DNA from: a candidate division WOR-3 bacterium
Lineage (GTDB): Bacteria; Hydrothermota; Hydrothermia; JBDRYB01
Length of the DNA stretch: 64,000 bases
Assembly (NCBI GenBank): GCA_049969615.1
Contig: JBMFOM010000001.1
Span: forward strand, 47,199 to 111,198
Reading direction: 5' to 3'
Below the pieces are notes generated by a model. The model searched no databases. It saw only the letters and a list, made by a program, of their open reading frames with translations, and was not told where the DNA came from. Both the position numbers and the translations under genes were made by a program. Positions within the stretch are counted from its first letter, which is position 1. Every line of letters begins with the position of its first letter. Positions 9,535 to 19,474 of this stretch are shown one piece after another.

Positions 9535-9564
9535 TTGATCGTTCACCACTCTCCGGCCTATAAT
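9535..9564 (+). promoter_or_regulatory. sigma70-like promoter
   Basis: TTGATC-18 nt-TATAAT upstream of SD GGAGGTG and the ATG at 9603. Confidence 0.6.
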
Positions 9565-9602
9565 ATATCCGAGCAAAATAAAAAGTTTTTTGGAGGTGAA
9601 AA

Positions 9603-10568
9603 ATGAAATTGAACAGACACAGTTTTGGAATGCTCGCGGGTAAAACCGCGGCGCGGGGTGAGCGTTTTGAGAGGGTTACCCATGCTGATGCCCCTGAAAC
9701 CGAAAATATTCTGCCAGTAAGGGATGCCAACGCGGCTCTTAGGGTAGCCCTATTCGGTCTCGGTCTCGGTCCGGATTGCGAGGTTCTGGTTCCTGCCTTT
9801 GGAAAACATACGCCCGGCCCGGATGTCTTCAGCGTTGGCGCTAGGCCCTCCTATGTGGATGTCGGGGAGGACATTGTCCTCAACCGCGGCAACCTCACAC
9901 GCAAACTGGAAAGCGAATACCGCAGAGAAAATGGCGTTTGGGTCCACAAAAGAAGGGGCTGGGTGCTCCGGGGCATCGTGATGACCCATCCGCTCGGCTT
10001 CTCGCCGTTCGTTAATGAGGTAGAGGAATTCGCGGCCGAACACGGTCTCGTCTTGGTGGATGATGCCCGCGGTGCGCTTGGCTCAAGAGTCTGGAGCGCA
10101 TCGCGTTCCACCTGGATATGCGCTGGTAGCGGAGGAACCGTCGGTGTGGCCTCCTCCGAGAGCGCCTCGTTCCTGGTGTCAAAAGACCCCGAGCTTCTGA
10201 TGCTCGTTTCAATGCATGTCAAGACAGCCGAATTCTACGATATGAATGCGGAGGCCATGAAAGAGCTCCGGATAGCCGGCGCACAGGCCAGGAAATCTAT
10301 AGGGGAGATCCTGAGCCGCGCTGGCCTCGGGAATGTCCTGGAAACGCCAAATTACTGTCAATCAGCTTGCCGAGAGGTTCTTCTGATCGCTGAGCATGAC
10401 AGGGATGAGGCCATGGACCGCCTTGAAGAGGCCGGGTTTATAGCCGAATCCAATTTCTATCCCCAAGCGATCATGGAGGCCTGCGAGAGGCAATTTGGCT
10501 ATAGAAAGGGCAGGTGTCCGGACTCAGAGGAACTAGCGAGGAGGGCTATAGCCGTGAGAAGGAAGTAG
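9603..10568 (+). CDS. DegT/DnrJ/EryC1/StrS aminotransferase-like protein, degenerate active site
   Basis: ALRVALFGLGLGPDCEVLVPAF, GARPSYVDV and LVLVDDARGALGS match the family; the SF..xK catalytic loop is not evident. Confidence 0.7.
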   Translation: MKLNRHSFGMLAGKTAARGERFERVTHADAPETENILPVRDANAALRVALFGLGLGPDCEVLVPAFGKHTPGPDVFSVGARPSYVDVGEDIVLNRGNLTRKLESEYRRENGVWVHKRRGWVLRGIVMTHPLGFSPFVNEVEEFAAEHGLVLVDDARGALGSRVWSASRSTWICAGSGGTVGVASSESASFLVSKDPELLMLVSMHVKTAEFYDMNAEAMKELRIAGAQARKSIGEILSRAGLGNVLETPNYCQSACREVLLIAEHDRDEAMDRLEEAGFIAESNFYPQAIMEACERQFGYRKGRCPDSEELARRAIAVRRK

Positions 10569-10652
10569 TATGAAAATTTGGGCGGCCTGCCCGGGGAACG
10601 ATCCGATCCCTATTACTCCGGGAAGGGCCGCCCTCCTGCGTTTGGCACTGGT

Positions 10653-10838
10653 AAGACCTTTGATAAAGTAGTAATAACTTACAGGTTGAGCCAGGAGCGC
10701 TTTGTCCAAGAGAACAGGTTTCTAAGAGGGGCCCCTGAAAAATCCCGCCGAGAGGGCATTTCCTCAGGGTTCTCTTCTGGCTATGATGAGGCTTTCGGAT
10801 GGGGACCGAGGACAAACCGGGATTTTTCAGGGGTTTCA
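10653..10838 (+). mobile_element. Full-length copy (~186 bp) of non-autonomous MITE-like element, family A
   Basis: Co-linear with 46945-47132; perfect 16-bp inverted repeat CCCCTGAAAAATCCCG (10732-10747) / CGGGATTTTTCAGGGG (10818-10833). Confidence 0.75.
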
Positions 10839-10893
10839 TAATGAGCAATATGGACCTTGAATCTGCCGCAGGAAGTGGGCTATAATTTCCTCC

Positions 10894-11949
10894 ATGAAGA
10901 TAACTGATGTTTATGCGGTTCTGAGAAGGGTGAAACACGGCGATGGAGATGTGGTATCAGCGGGTTTTGTCAAGGGAGTTTCAATAACCGGCGAAAGGGT
11001 CTCTGTGGTCTTTCTGTTCCCGGATGAGATGAGGGGCAAGGAAAAACCGCTCCTGGAAGAGGCGCGAAAACTGCTTGAGGCAGAGGGCGCGGAGAAGATA
11101 GACTTTGAGGTCAACTTTGCCATTCTCACGGGAAAAAAGAGTACGGCAGACCTCAAGAAAAGGCCCATCCCTGGAGTAAAAAATGTTATTCTCGTGACCA
11201 GCGGAAAGGGGGGCGTCGGCAAGTCAACGGTTGCCGCGAACCTGGCCGCGGAGCTGGCTCTAAGGGGACTGAGAGTGGGGCTGTTTGACGCGGATGTCTA
11301 TGGACCATCAGTGCCAACCCTCATGGGCATCCAGGGTGCGGAAATAAGGGCGGAAAACGACAAGATAATCCCGGTTGAAGCATATAGGGTAAAGGTAATG
11401 TCCCTCGGCCTGATGCTTGAGGATGACAGTCCCGTGATTTGGCGAGGCCCTCTGGTTCACAAAGCATACGAACAACTTCTGTTTGAAACCAATTGGGGCG
11501 AGTTGGATTTTCTCGTGCTTGACCTTCCGCCCGGAACAGGAGACGCTCAATTGTCTATGGCGCAACTGGTGGAGATAGCGGGGGGCCTGGTGGTTACAAC
11601 GCCGCAGGTCCTCGCGATCAATGATGTGCGGAGGGCCCTGTCCATGCTCAGAAAGGTTGATGTCCCAGCCATAGGCATAGTGGAAACCATGAGCTACTAC
11701 AAATGTCCAGGGTGCGGCCGCGAAGAGAACATCTTCGGTGAGGGGGGTGGAGAGAGGCTCTCGGCCGAAACCGGGGTTCCCCTCCTGGCGAAGATACCCA
11801 TGGAGATTGATCTCGTGGCCGCCTCGGACGCGGGGATACCCATAGTGGTCGCGAAGCCCAATTCCGAAGCCACAAAAGCCTTTGTTCGTCTGGCAGAGGA
11901 GGTGGTAAGTTATGTCACAAAGGGAAGGGTCAAATCCGTGGAGGACTAG
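10894..11949 (+). CDS. mrp: Mrp/ApbC/NBP35 Fe-S cluster carrier ATPase
   Basis: SGKGGVGKST, DADVYGPS, WRGP, DLPPGTGD and CPGC motifs. Confidence 0.95.
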   Translation: MKITDVYAVLRRVKHGDGDVVSAGFVKGVSITGERVSVVFLFPDEMRGKEKPLLEEARKLLEAEGAEKIDFEVNFAILTGKKSTADLKKRPIPGVKNVILVTSGKGGVGKSTVAANLAAELALRGLRVGLFDADVYGPSVPTLMGIQGAEIRAENDKIIPVEAYRVKVMSLGLMLEDDSPVIWRGPLVHKAYEQLLFETNWGELDFLVLDLPPGTGDAQLSMAQLVEIAGGLVVTTPQVLAINDVRRALSMLRKVDVPAIGIVETMSYYKCPGCGREENIFGEGGGERLSAETGVPLLAKIPMEIDLVAASDAGIPIVVAKPNSEATKAFVRLAEEVVSYVTKGRVKSVED

Positions 11950-12541
11950 CGGTTTTATCCTTCTGTTCATAATGGCCTGCGTGCCATCCCAGGTTTCCCA
12001 CATGAGGCTTGATATGAGCGTTGGCTACAGCGTCGTCTACAGGATAACCTTCTGGAACCAGGAAAAACCCGGGACAACAAAGGTTAGGATGGCGGTTCAT
12101 GTGACCGAATTAACTGACCTGGATTATTCTTTAACCGCGAATATAAAAGGAGACCAGGAGGGAACGATCTTTCTTTTGGTATCGCCCGGCGGCAAGACCA
12201 TGGAGGCCGAGGTCCATGGCCTGCCTGATCCTTGGGAAGATGTCGCCTCCGCGGGAATTGTTTCGCCGTGTGCTCCCCTACCGCAGGAGCCGGTCTCGCC
12301 GGGTCAGAGCTGGGAAGTGTCCCTGGCAAACGGCAGGGGAACCTATACCTATAAGGGCACTGGCCTCTTGGACGGGAAACAGGGATATATATTGGAATTC
12401 AACCTATCAACCACCGTGATAAAGGACATAAGGGCCACCGGGAGAATATCTGTCTCACCTGATAACGGCGTAGTCCAGGCGGGCGCCGGAACCATCACGA
12501 CGGCTTTCGGGACATACGGGTACAGGATGATAAGGGAATAA
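11912..12541 (+). CDS. Hypothetical lipoprotein-like protein
   Basis: Hydrophobic stretch ending IMAC; LPQEPVSPGQSW motif; start uncertain. Confidence 0.55.
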   Translation: MSQREGSNPWRTSGFILLFIMACVPSQVSHMRLDMSVGYSVVYRITFWNQEKPGTTKVRMAVHVTELTDLDYSLTANIKGDQEGTIFLLVSPGGKTMEAEVHGLPDPWEDVASAGIVSPCAPLPQEPVSPGQSWEVSLANGRGTYTYKGTGLLDGKQGYILEFNLSTTVIKDIRATGRISVSPDNGVVQAGAGTITTAFGTYGYRMIRE

Positions 12542-12606
12542 TTCATGAATCCTAAAACACAATCGTATTAGCGAATCCCATATCTACCCGATGAGTTTCG
12601 CTAATC

Positions 12607-14127
12607 TCAGCACACCCCGCACTCCCCGCATCCGGGAAAACACGGCGGGGTGGGTTCATCATCCATGGCCCTCCTCCACTCCGCGTCCAGAAAATCCCGT
12701 GAAACCCCGGAGCTCACACGGAGAAACGGAGCTGAAAGTGGATAGCCGGGGTCATCCAGATACAAAGAGGGGATGGCGCCCGCCTTCTTGAGGCCAGAGG
12801 CGAGGCTGATGTCCTCCTGGGCCGCGACCAACAGCGCCGCGGAAACGCTCTGGTCGCCGCGGGAGAGAATCGCCTCCTCTCTAGCCTTCCGGTAGCCATG
12901 AACCTTTAGGAGAACATCCTTTGGGACATTGATCAACGAAACCCTTTTCTTGTAATCCTCTTCTGAAAGGAACCGCGCGCGATAAAACGGGGTCCCCGCC
13001 TTTGGCACGAACGGGGAAACAGTGGCCCGAACACGTCTTTTAAAAACGCGCTTTATCTCGCTGACTTGGTCTGATATGGCCCGGACATCCTCTTGGGTCT
13101 CTTTGGGCAAACCGATCATGTAGTAGAGCTTGAGGGAACCGAAGCCCACATCCCTTGCCCAGCGGGCAACATCAAGGATCCTCTCGTTTCCAAAGGGTTT
13201 GTTCAGGGACATTCGTAGGGAATCAGAGGCGACCTCAGGTGCGAGGGTAAGGGTCTTTGCACCACGCCTGGCGAGAAGGGCCAGGAGTTCTGGTTCAAGC
13301 GCGGATGCGTTGAGAGAGGTGGGGTTCAGGATAAGGTGTTGGGGAGAACCAGCGAGTATCTCGCGGATCTCAGGGTGTTCGGCAACGGCTGAACCAACCA
13401 GAGCGACCTGCCTGGTGAGTCCCACGGGCAACTGGCCGAGAAGGTCCAAGACTATCTCGCCGGGTAGGAACCTCGGAGGCAGGCTGGAAAAACCTAGGAG
13501 GCAGAACCTACACCGGTTCGGGCAACCCCTTGAAACTTCAACCAGGAACTCGCCCTTGAAGAAGGAGTCCCTTTCAACAAACGCGGAGAAAGCATCCGAC
13601 CGTGTCATGTCCGGGAGCCTGGCCCTTTCCGCATCCTCCTTCTGATCTGGGAGCCAGGCCCAGGCCCTCTCGGAAAGATACGAGAGAAAGCTTTGTCTTT
13701 CCTCATATATTCCCGTTTCCAGAAATGGGATAATGGCCTCTGCCTCACCCACCAGAACGGCATCAAAGGTATGCCAGAGGGGAAACGGATTGGCAGAGGG
13801 GGCAATTCCGCCGGCAAAAAGCAGGTGAAAACCCCTCCTTCTCCTGTCCAGCTCTATTCCCTCGGCCTTAAGGAACCTGAGCGCTGGGAGGTAATCCGGC
13901 TCATATGAGAACGAGAAGAATATCAGGGAAAACTCATACAGTGGCTTGCCGCTCCTGATGCCGCGGGGGTTGTCCGTGAAAAAGATGTCGGTGAAGGAGA
14001 GCCTATTTAAGCCGCGGAAGGCGGAGTGAAGGCCGAGGTTCTCCGCACCTATCCTCCTGGGGCCCGGAAAAACAAGAGCTATCTCAGGCTTGCCGCCCCC
14101 TAGGCCCTCGAGCCAAACTCTCTCCAA
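12607..14127 (-). CDS. Radical SAM protein (TIGR03960/YhcC-YgiQ-like)
   Basis: EVSRGCPNRCRFC (CxxxCxxC), TLAPE, KLYYMIGLP, PFVPKAGTPF; C-terminal CFPGCGECGVC. Confidence 0.88.
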   Translation of the reverse strand: MERVWLEGLGGGKPEIALVFPGPRRIGAENLGLHSAFRGLNRLSFTDIFFTDNPRGIRSGKPLYEFSLIFFSFSYEPDYLPALRFLKAEGIELDRRRRGFHLLFAGGIAPSANPFPLWHTFDAVLVGEAEAIIPFLETGIYEERQSFLSYLSERAWAWLPDQKEDAERARLPDMTRSDAFSAFVERDSFFKGEFLVEVSRGCPNRCRFCLLGFSSLPPRFLPGEIVLDLLGQLPVGLTRQVALVGSAVAEHPEIREILAGSPQHLILNPTSLNASALEPELLALLARRGAKTLTLAPEVASDSLRMSLNKPFGNERILDVARWARDVGFGSLKLYYMIGLPKETQEDVRAISDQVSEIKRVFKRRVRATVSPFVPKAGTPFYRARFLSEEDYKKRVSLINVPKDVLLKVHGYRKAREEAILSRGDQSVSAALLVAAQEDISLASGLKKAGAIPSLYLDDPGYPLSAPFLRVSSGVSRDFLDAEWRRAMDDEPTPPCFPGCGECGVC

Positions 14128-15263
14128 TCATCCTCCTCATCAGGATCAATCAGAGGCCTCTTGAATTCAAAACCAGAATAGATGTCGCCGCTCACCCCTG
14201 TCCGGTCCTTATCTTTGTCTGTCCTGGATGTCCTGGTCGGGCGAGTCACTGGGCCGGGGAAGCGGTATCCGGGCACAAATCCCCTTCTCTCCTTTATGCC
14301 GGTGGCTATCACCGTAACCCGGATGGTCTCGGTCAGCTCCCTATCCATGACCATACCCACTATCGTCTCAGGAGAGCCTGATTGGGCCATGGCCTCCTGG
14401 CTTATCGTGTTGAGTATGGCCTCCATCTCCTCCACTCTCAGGCCGAAATCTGGATTATCCGGAGACTGAATATTCACCAGTATCCTGTCTGCACCGGATA
14501 TGTTTTCAATGCCGTCAAGGAGCGGCGCACTGAGGGCCATTTTGGTCGCGCTCACGGCCCTGTTCTCGCCCTTGGCTTCGCCTATGCCAATGAGGGACAG
14601 GCCTCCGTTCTTCATCACGGTCCTGACATCCGCGAAATCCACATTCATATAGCCGGGGTTGCGTATGATGTCAACCACTGACCTGGCCGCGTGGTAGAGG
14701 ATGTCGTCGGCCCGCGCGAAGGCCTGGGGTATGGGAAGCTCCCTTGTGGTCTCCGCGAGCTTGGTGTTGCTTATAACAAGAAGGACATTGGCGTGTTCCC
14801 TGAGCTCCCTCAGCCCAGCCTCGGCCTTGTCCTGCTTGGCCTGGCCCTCAAACCTGAACGGCTTGGTAACTATTGCCACCACGAGGATTCCCTTTTCCTT
14901 GGCTATTCTGGCCACCACCGGGCTGGCACCGGTTCCCGTACCGCCGCCCATACCAGCTGCGATGAAAACCATGTCGTAGCCCTCTATTGCCTTTTCTATC
15001 TCTTCCTCGGATTCCTCTGCGGCCATCTTTCCAACCTCCGGATCAGCGCCAGCACCAAGCCCCCTGGTCACGGTGCTTCCCAGGGGTATCTTGATGTCGG
15101 CAAGGCATGTTTCCAAGACCTGCCTGTCCGTGTTGGCCGCGGCTATGGCCGCGCCAGTAAGCCCCTTCCTCACCATGTGATTTACGGCATTGCACCCAGC
15201 CCCGCCAACGCCTATGACCAGTATCCTGGCCGGATCTGTCCTATCGTCGTAATAGACCTTCAT
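14100..15263 (-). CDS. ftsZ: Cell division protein FtsZ
   Basis: [17 protein letters not shown] tubulin signature and NVDFADV. Confidence 0.97.
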   Translation of the reverse strand: MKVYYDDRTDPARILVIGVGGAGCNAVNHMVRKGLTGAAIAAANTDRQVLETCLADIKIPLGSTVTRGLGAGADPEVGKMAAEESEEEIEKAIEGYDMVFIAAGMGGGTGTGASPVVARIAKEKGILVVAIVTKPFRFEGQAKQDKAEAGLRELREHANVLLVISNTKLAETTRELPIPQAFARADDILYHAARSVVDIIRNPGYMNVDFADVRTVMKNGGLSLIGIGEAKGENRAVSATKMALSAPLLDGIENISGADRILVNIQSPDNPDFGLRVEEMEAILNTISQEAMAQSGSPETIVGMVMDRELTETIRVTVIATGIKERRGFVPGYRFPGPVTRPTRTSRTDKDKDRTGVSGDIYSGFEFKRPLIDPDEEDDWREFGSRA

Positions 15264-15279
15264 GTCAGGTTCTCCTTTG

Positions 15280-16497
15280 TTAAAACATATCTTTTATGTT
15301 CTCCCAGAATTGTTTGAAAACCACACGCGGCCTGGGTTTCAAAACACTCTGGCTCGCCATCTTCACCAGGCCGACCGCGACCGCGAAGTCAGCAGTGGCA
15401 ACGGCCTCGGAGAAGGACTCAACGCCCCTCGGCGTCCCTATGGTAACGGGGAGACTGAATATCTCCTCCGCCATCTCCCTGGCTCCGGGCAAGGCAGATG
15501 TGCCACCGACAAGGAGAATCGGCGTCCCGGCCCTCGTGACCCGATAAAGCCCCGCGCGCTCCAGCTCCGCCCTTATCCTGGTGAGGAGGTCACCAACCGC
15601 CTGCTCTATCACCTGGGAGAGCCTCCTTCTGGCAACGCCGTATTCAACGCCTCTCTTTGAATCCCGAACAGTTATGGTCTCTGCCTCGTCAACCGTGTAG
15701 TAGTTGCCCACGACGCCGTATTTCTCCTTCAGGTGGGCCGCTGTGGCCTGGCTCATCAGGAACTCAGCCGCTATGGCCTCGGTTATGTAATCCCCTCCCC
15801 ATTCCATCACATCAACATTCAGGAGCATCTCGTCCTGCCAGACAGCGACATCCGTCGTTGTCCTGCCAATATCAAGCAGGATAGCCCCCTCCTCAAAATC
15901 CTCCTCGTCCATGACCCCATACGAAGCCGCTATTGGCTGAAAGAAAAACAGGGGCTGACGTATTCCAGCGCTAGAGAGGCACGCAGTTATGTTCTCAAGA
16001 AACACCCTGTCAGCAGTCACTATGTATGCCTCCAGCTCCAGCCTTACACCAGCGAGGCCAACCGGATTCTTTATGCCCCTGGTGGAATCAACCGCATACT
16101 GGTTGGGGTGGACATATATTATCTCGTGATTCGCCGGAAGCGAGATGGATTTCGCCTGCTCAAGGACGCGCTTCACATCATCCTGGGTTATGGGCTTGCC
16201 CTTTTTCACTGTCACAAGGCCGGACGAGCCTTTTGAGTATATCTGGCGACCCGTTATTCCGGCCGCGGGTATAAGGTTCTCCAGCTTTAGATCAGCCATC
16301 CTGCATGTCTCGGCCACCGCGGCCTTTATCACTGCGGTAGCCCTGTCCATGTTGACTATGACTCCCCCCCTTATTCCCCTGGACGGTACCTGGGCCGCTC
16401 CATTTATGAATACCCTTCCGTCCCTGAGCTCTCCAGCAACGCAACGGATGAAGCCCGAACCCAGGTCCAATCCCAGAATACCTTCTTGTGTTTTCAT
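15280..16497 (-). CDS. ftsA: Cell division protein FtsA
   Basis: GLDLGS, DIGRTTTD, C-terminal amphipathic FKQFWENIKDMF; position before ftsZ. Confidence 0.95.
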   Translation of the reverse strand: MKTQEGILGLDLGSGFIRCVAGELRDGRVFINGAAQVPSRGIRGGVIVNMDRATAVIKAAVAETCRMADLKLENLIPAAGITGRQIYSKGSSGLVTVKKGKPITQDDVKRVLEQAKSISLPANHEIIYVHPNQYAVDSTRGIKNPVGLAGVRLELEAYIVTADRVFLENITACLSSAGIRQPLFFFQPIAASYGVMDEEDFEEGAILLDIGRTTTDVAVWQDEMLLNVDVMEWGGDYITEAIAAEFLMSQATAAHLKEKYGVVGNYYTVDEAETITVRDSKRGVEYGVARRRLSQVIEQAVGDLLTRIRAELERAGLYRVTRAGTPILLVGGTSALPGAREMAEEIFSLPVTIGTPRGVESFSEAVATADFAVAVGLVKMASQSVLKPRPRVVFKQFWENIKDMF

Positions 16498-17360
16498 GTG
16501 TCTCCTCCCGGCAAAAATTCTATTTCGGTCTCCAGGGCAACGCCATGAGCCTCCAGAACCCTCTTCCTGACGCGCTCAATGAGCTCGCGGACATCCCTGG
16601 CCGTGGCCTGTCCGAGGTTGACTATGAAATTGGCGTGGAGCGTGGAGACCATAGCATCGCCCACACGGAGGCCCTTCAGTCCAGCGGATTCAATGAGCGC
16701 ACCAGCGTGCCCGCCTGGCGGATTCTTGAATATACACCCAGCCGAGCGCTGGCCTATGGGCTGATGACGCTTCCTCTTCTCGTTGTAATAATACATCGCG
16801 TTCCTGAGCTTCGCTGGATCGCTTCTCTCCAGGCTCATGGCAACCCGGAGCAGTATCCCAGCGGCGGGCAAGGCTGAGGCCCTATATGTCATCGCCAGTT
16901 CATCCTTTGAAAATCTGACGAGGCCCTCCCCGGTCATAACCTCGGCCCAGGCGACCAGCTCCGCCATCTCCCTGCCGTACGCGCCAGCATTCTTGGCGAC
17001 CGCGCCGCCCATGGCGCCGGGTATGCCGTAGAGCTCCTCCAGACCGCCAAGCCCCACCTCGGCCGCGAAAAGGCACACCCTCGCGAGGCTCTCGCCGGCT
17101 CCAGCTATCAACAGACCCTCCTCAACGGATATGCCCTTCAGCCTCCTCGCGGAGACAAGGATGCCGGGGATGCCCTCGTCCGCGACCAGCACATCCGTGC
17201 CAGCGGAAAGGACCGAAACCCGGAGGTTCTCTGCCTTGGCGAACGAAAGGCACTCGGAGACCTCCCCGGGGGTGGCTGGCTCCGCGTAGAAGCGCGCGGG
17301 TCCGCCTATGCCAAAGCTGGTCATCGGCCCCACTATCACATCGCGTTTTATCTCAACCAT
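16494..17360 (-). CDS. murB: UDP-N-acetylenolpyruvoylglucosamine reductase
   Basis: TSFGIGGPA, GIPG..GGAV..NAGAYG, SAGCIFKNP and HANFIVN. Confidence 0.95.
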   Translation of the reverse strand: MVEIKRDVIVGPMTSFGIGGPARFYAEPATPGEVSECLSFAKAENLRVSVLSAGTDVLVADEGIPGILVSARRLKGISVEEGLLIAGAGESLARVCLFAAEVGLGGLEELYGIPGAMGGAVAKNAGAYGREMAELVAWAEVMTGEGLVRFSKDELAMTYRASALPAAGILLRVAMSLERSDPAKLRNAMYYYNEKRKRHQPIGQRSAGCIFKNPPGGHAGALIESAGLKGLRVGDAMVSTLHANFIVNLGQATARDVRELIERVRKRVLEAHGVALETEIEFLPGGDT

Positions 17361-18726
17361 TCAGGAACTCCTCCCCTATTTTCCAGACATTCCCAGCGCC
17401 CAGGGTCAAGAGCAGGTCTCCGGGGCGGAGAGCCTCCCTCAGGACCTCCAGGACATCCTCGCCCTCCTCAATGAGATGGACATCCTTGTGCCCGGCCTCT
17501 TTAACTGCCTCGTAGATCAGCCTGGAGGAAACACCCTCTATTGGCTTTTCGCCGGCAGGGTATATAGGAAGGATGAAAAGGAGGTCAGAGTCAAGAAAAG
17601 CGCCACCGAACTCCGCGTGCAGGTAAAGGGTCCGGGTGAACCTGTGGGGCTGAAATAGAACCACTATCCTGCCATCCTTCCAATAGTTGCGAGCGGCCGC
17701 GAGGGTCGCCCTTATCTCGGTGGGGTGATGGCCATAATCGTCAACCACCCGGACGCGGTCGCGCTCGCCTTTTATCTCAAACCTGCGCTCTACCCCAGAG
17801 AACGAGGCAAGCCCCTCGGTTATGGCATCATGGGGTATCTCCAGCTCCAGGGCAACCGCTATGGCCGCCAGCGCGTTGGAGACATTGTGTATGCCTGGAA
17901 CCGAAAGCGAAACCTTCATTATCTCCTCACCATCCCAGAAGACCAGGAAATCCGAACCAAGGTCTCTGAGGGTTATCTCCCTCGCGGAGACATCCGCCTG
18001 TCTCACCATCCCGTATGTGATTACCCTGTGTTCAACGAGGGGCATGAGCTTGCGGACCGGATCAGAGTCAAGGTTAAGGACAGCAACGCCATAGAACGGA
18101 ACCCGCGAGACAAACCTGAGGAATGCCTCGGAGATGTCCTCCATCCCGGAATATGTGTCAAGGTGCTCTGGATCAAGGTTGGTGACAACAGCTATTGTAG
18201 GGAAAAGCTCAAGGAAGCTCCTGTCAGACTCGTCTGCCTCAGCGACCAAGTATGGTCCCTGGCCGAGCCGTGCGCCTGTCCTGGTGCCGTGGAACCTCCC
18301 GCCTATAACCACAGTGGGGTCAAGGCCCGCGCGCGCCAGGACATGCGCTACCATGGAGGAAGTTGTGGATTTGCCGTGCATTCCGGATATGGCTATGGAG
18401 AACTTGACCCGCATCAGCTCAGCCAGCATCCGTGCCCTTGGAACTACAGGGATGCCCATTTCCCTCGCGGCGACAAGCTCGGGGTTATCATCCCTTATAG
18501 CTGAGGATACAACCACCAGGTCCGCGCCAACAGGGTTGGAGGGGTCATGGCCGTAGAATACCCTCGCGCCGAGCTCCTCCAGGTGATTGGTTGTCTCCTG
18601 CCTGGCAACATCAGATCCCGTGACCGTGAAACCGAGGTTAATGAGGACCTCGGCTATGCCGCTCATCCCGGAGCCACCTATGCCAATAAAGTGAACGCGC
18701 TCGTATTTCTTTTTTGGGAGGATCAT
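17353..18726 (-). CDS. murC: UDP-N-acetylmuramate--L-alanine ligase
   Basis: HFIGIGGSGMSG, HGKSTT, EADESD, DDYGHHPTE and FQPHR. Confidence 0.97.
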   Translation of the reverse strand: MILPKKKYERVHFIGIGGSGMSGIAEVLINLGFTVTGSDVARQETTNHLEELGARVFYGHDPSNPVGADLVVVSSAIRDDNPELVAAREMGIPVVPRARMLAELMRVKFSIAISGMHGKSTTSSMVAHVLARAGLDPTVVIGGRFHGTRTGARLGQGPYLVAEADESDRSFLELFPTIAVVTNLDPEHLDTYSGMEDISEAFLRFVSRVPFYGVAVLNLDSDPVRKLMPLVEHRVITYGMVRQADVSAREITLRDLGSDFLVFWDGEEIMKVSLSVPGIHNVSNALAAIAVALELEIPHDAITEGLASFSGVERRFEIKGERDRVRVVDDYGHHPTEIRATLAAARNYWKDGRIVVLFQPHRFTRTLYLHAEFGGAFLDSDLLFILPIYPAGEKPIEGVSSRLIYEAVKEAGHKDVHLIEEGEDVLEVLREALRPGDLLLTLGAGNVWKIGEEFLNG

Positions 18727-18793
18727 GGGCAACCCCCTGTGTTCGGGTCTCCGGGCGAGGCTCCCGGCTCAGGCAGACCAAATGCAGTCGGTC

Positions 18794-19474
18794 TCATAGC
18801 CCTTCCAGAATCGTCCTGGCCGCGGTGAGGAACTTCCTTGATTCCGAGAGGAGATCCGCGGTTTCCTTGGCCTTAAAATCCCTGAGCCTGAACTCTGCCT
18901 CGGTATATGCGTCGCGAAGCATGATAAGCGAAGTGGATAGCTCCCGCGGGACCAAGCCGGTCTTAACGAACCTCTCCATGAACATGTCCAGACAGCGCCG
19001 TGTATCAGACGGCTCATCCCCGCCCATTATCAGAAGAGCCTTGGCCGCGAGGTAGGCCGAGTAGTAGGCCGAGGAAACCGCTATGTTATAAAGCCCTTTA
19101 TCCATAAGAGCTTCCACGGCCATGAGGTTCTTCTCGGACCTGAGGAGGAGGGTCTTCATGCGCCTGGCGTGACAATCGCTCCGGCTACGCTCGGCCTTGT
19201 GCCTTACGCTCCCCATCATGGCTATCCGTTTCTTCCTCTCCTCAGCCTCATGGCTGGGCATGGCAAGGGTCATCACATGCACTCCGGTCTCCTGGAGTAT
19301 GGATGTCTCCAGCTCCGAGAGCGCCCTCCTGGTTTCGGTGTCAAGGCCAGCATCGCCATCCAGGACAAGGACACCGACCAAACCGCCATCATCCTTCAAC
19401 ATCATTATGTCAACCAGGGAATCGCCCAGAAGCTGGGATATTCCTACCCGGTATGCGTTGTAAGCCTCGTTCAT
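18794..19474 (-). CDS. Fusion of a degenerate MNT-like domain and a HEPN (UPF0332-like) domain
   Basis: C-half AVSSAYYSAYLAAKALL...FVKTG is the HEPN/UPF0332 pattern; N-half has an MNT-like layout without GS/DxD; ATG overlaps the murG stop. Confidence 0.7.
   Translation of the reverse strand: MNEAYNAYRVGISQLLGDSLVDIMMLKDDGGLVGVLVLDGDAGLDTETRRALSELETSILQETGVHVMTLAMPSHEAEERKKRIAMMGSVRHKAERSRSDCHARRMKTLLLRSEKNLMAVEALMDKGLYNIAVSSAYYSAYLAAKALLIMGGDEPSDTRRCLDMFMERFVKTGLVPRELSTSLIMLRDAYTEAEFRLRDFKAKETADLLSESRKFLTAARTILEGL

Noticed and set aside
10579-10633. GC-rich hairpin GGGCGGCC...GGCCGCCC as SRP RNA or riboswitch
   Set aside because: No SRP or known riboswitch motif recognised; more likely a 3' stem after the upstream gene
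10546-10938. ORFs 10546-10938(-), 10578-10841(+), 47071-47298(-) and the N-terminal extensions of ORFs 35342-37138 and 46540-47061, several sharing KPLKNPGLS
   Set aside because: They are translations of repeat family A, not a protein family; better starts exist downstream for the real genes
12567-12605. ATTAGCGAA/TTCGCTAAT inverted repeat between convergent genes
   Set aside because: Weak 9-bp stem with a long loop and no U-tract; not enough to call
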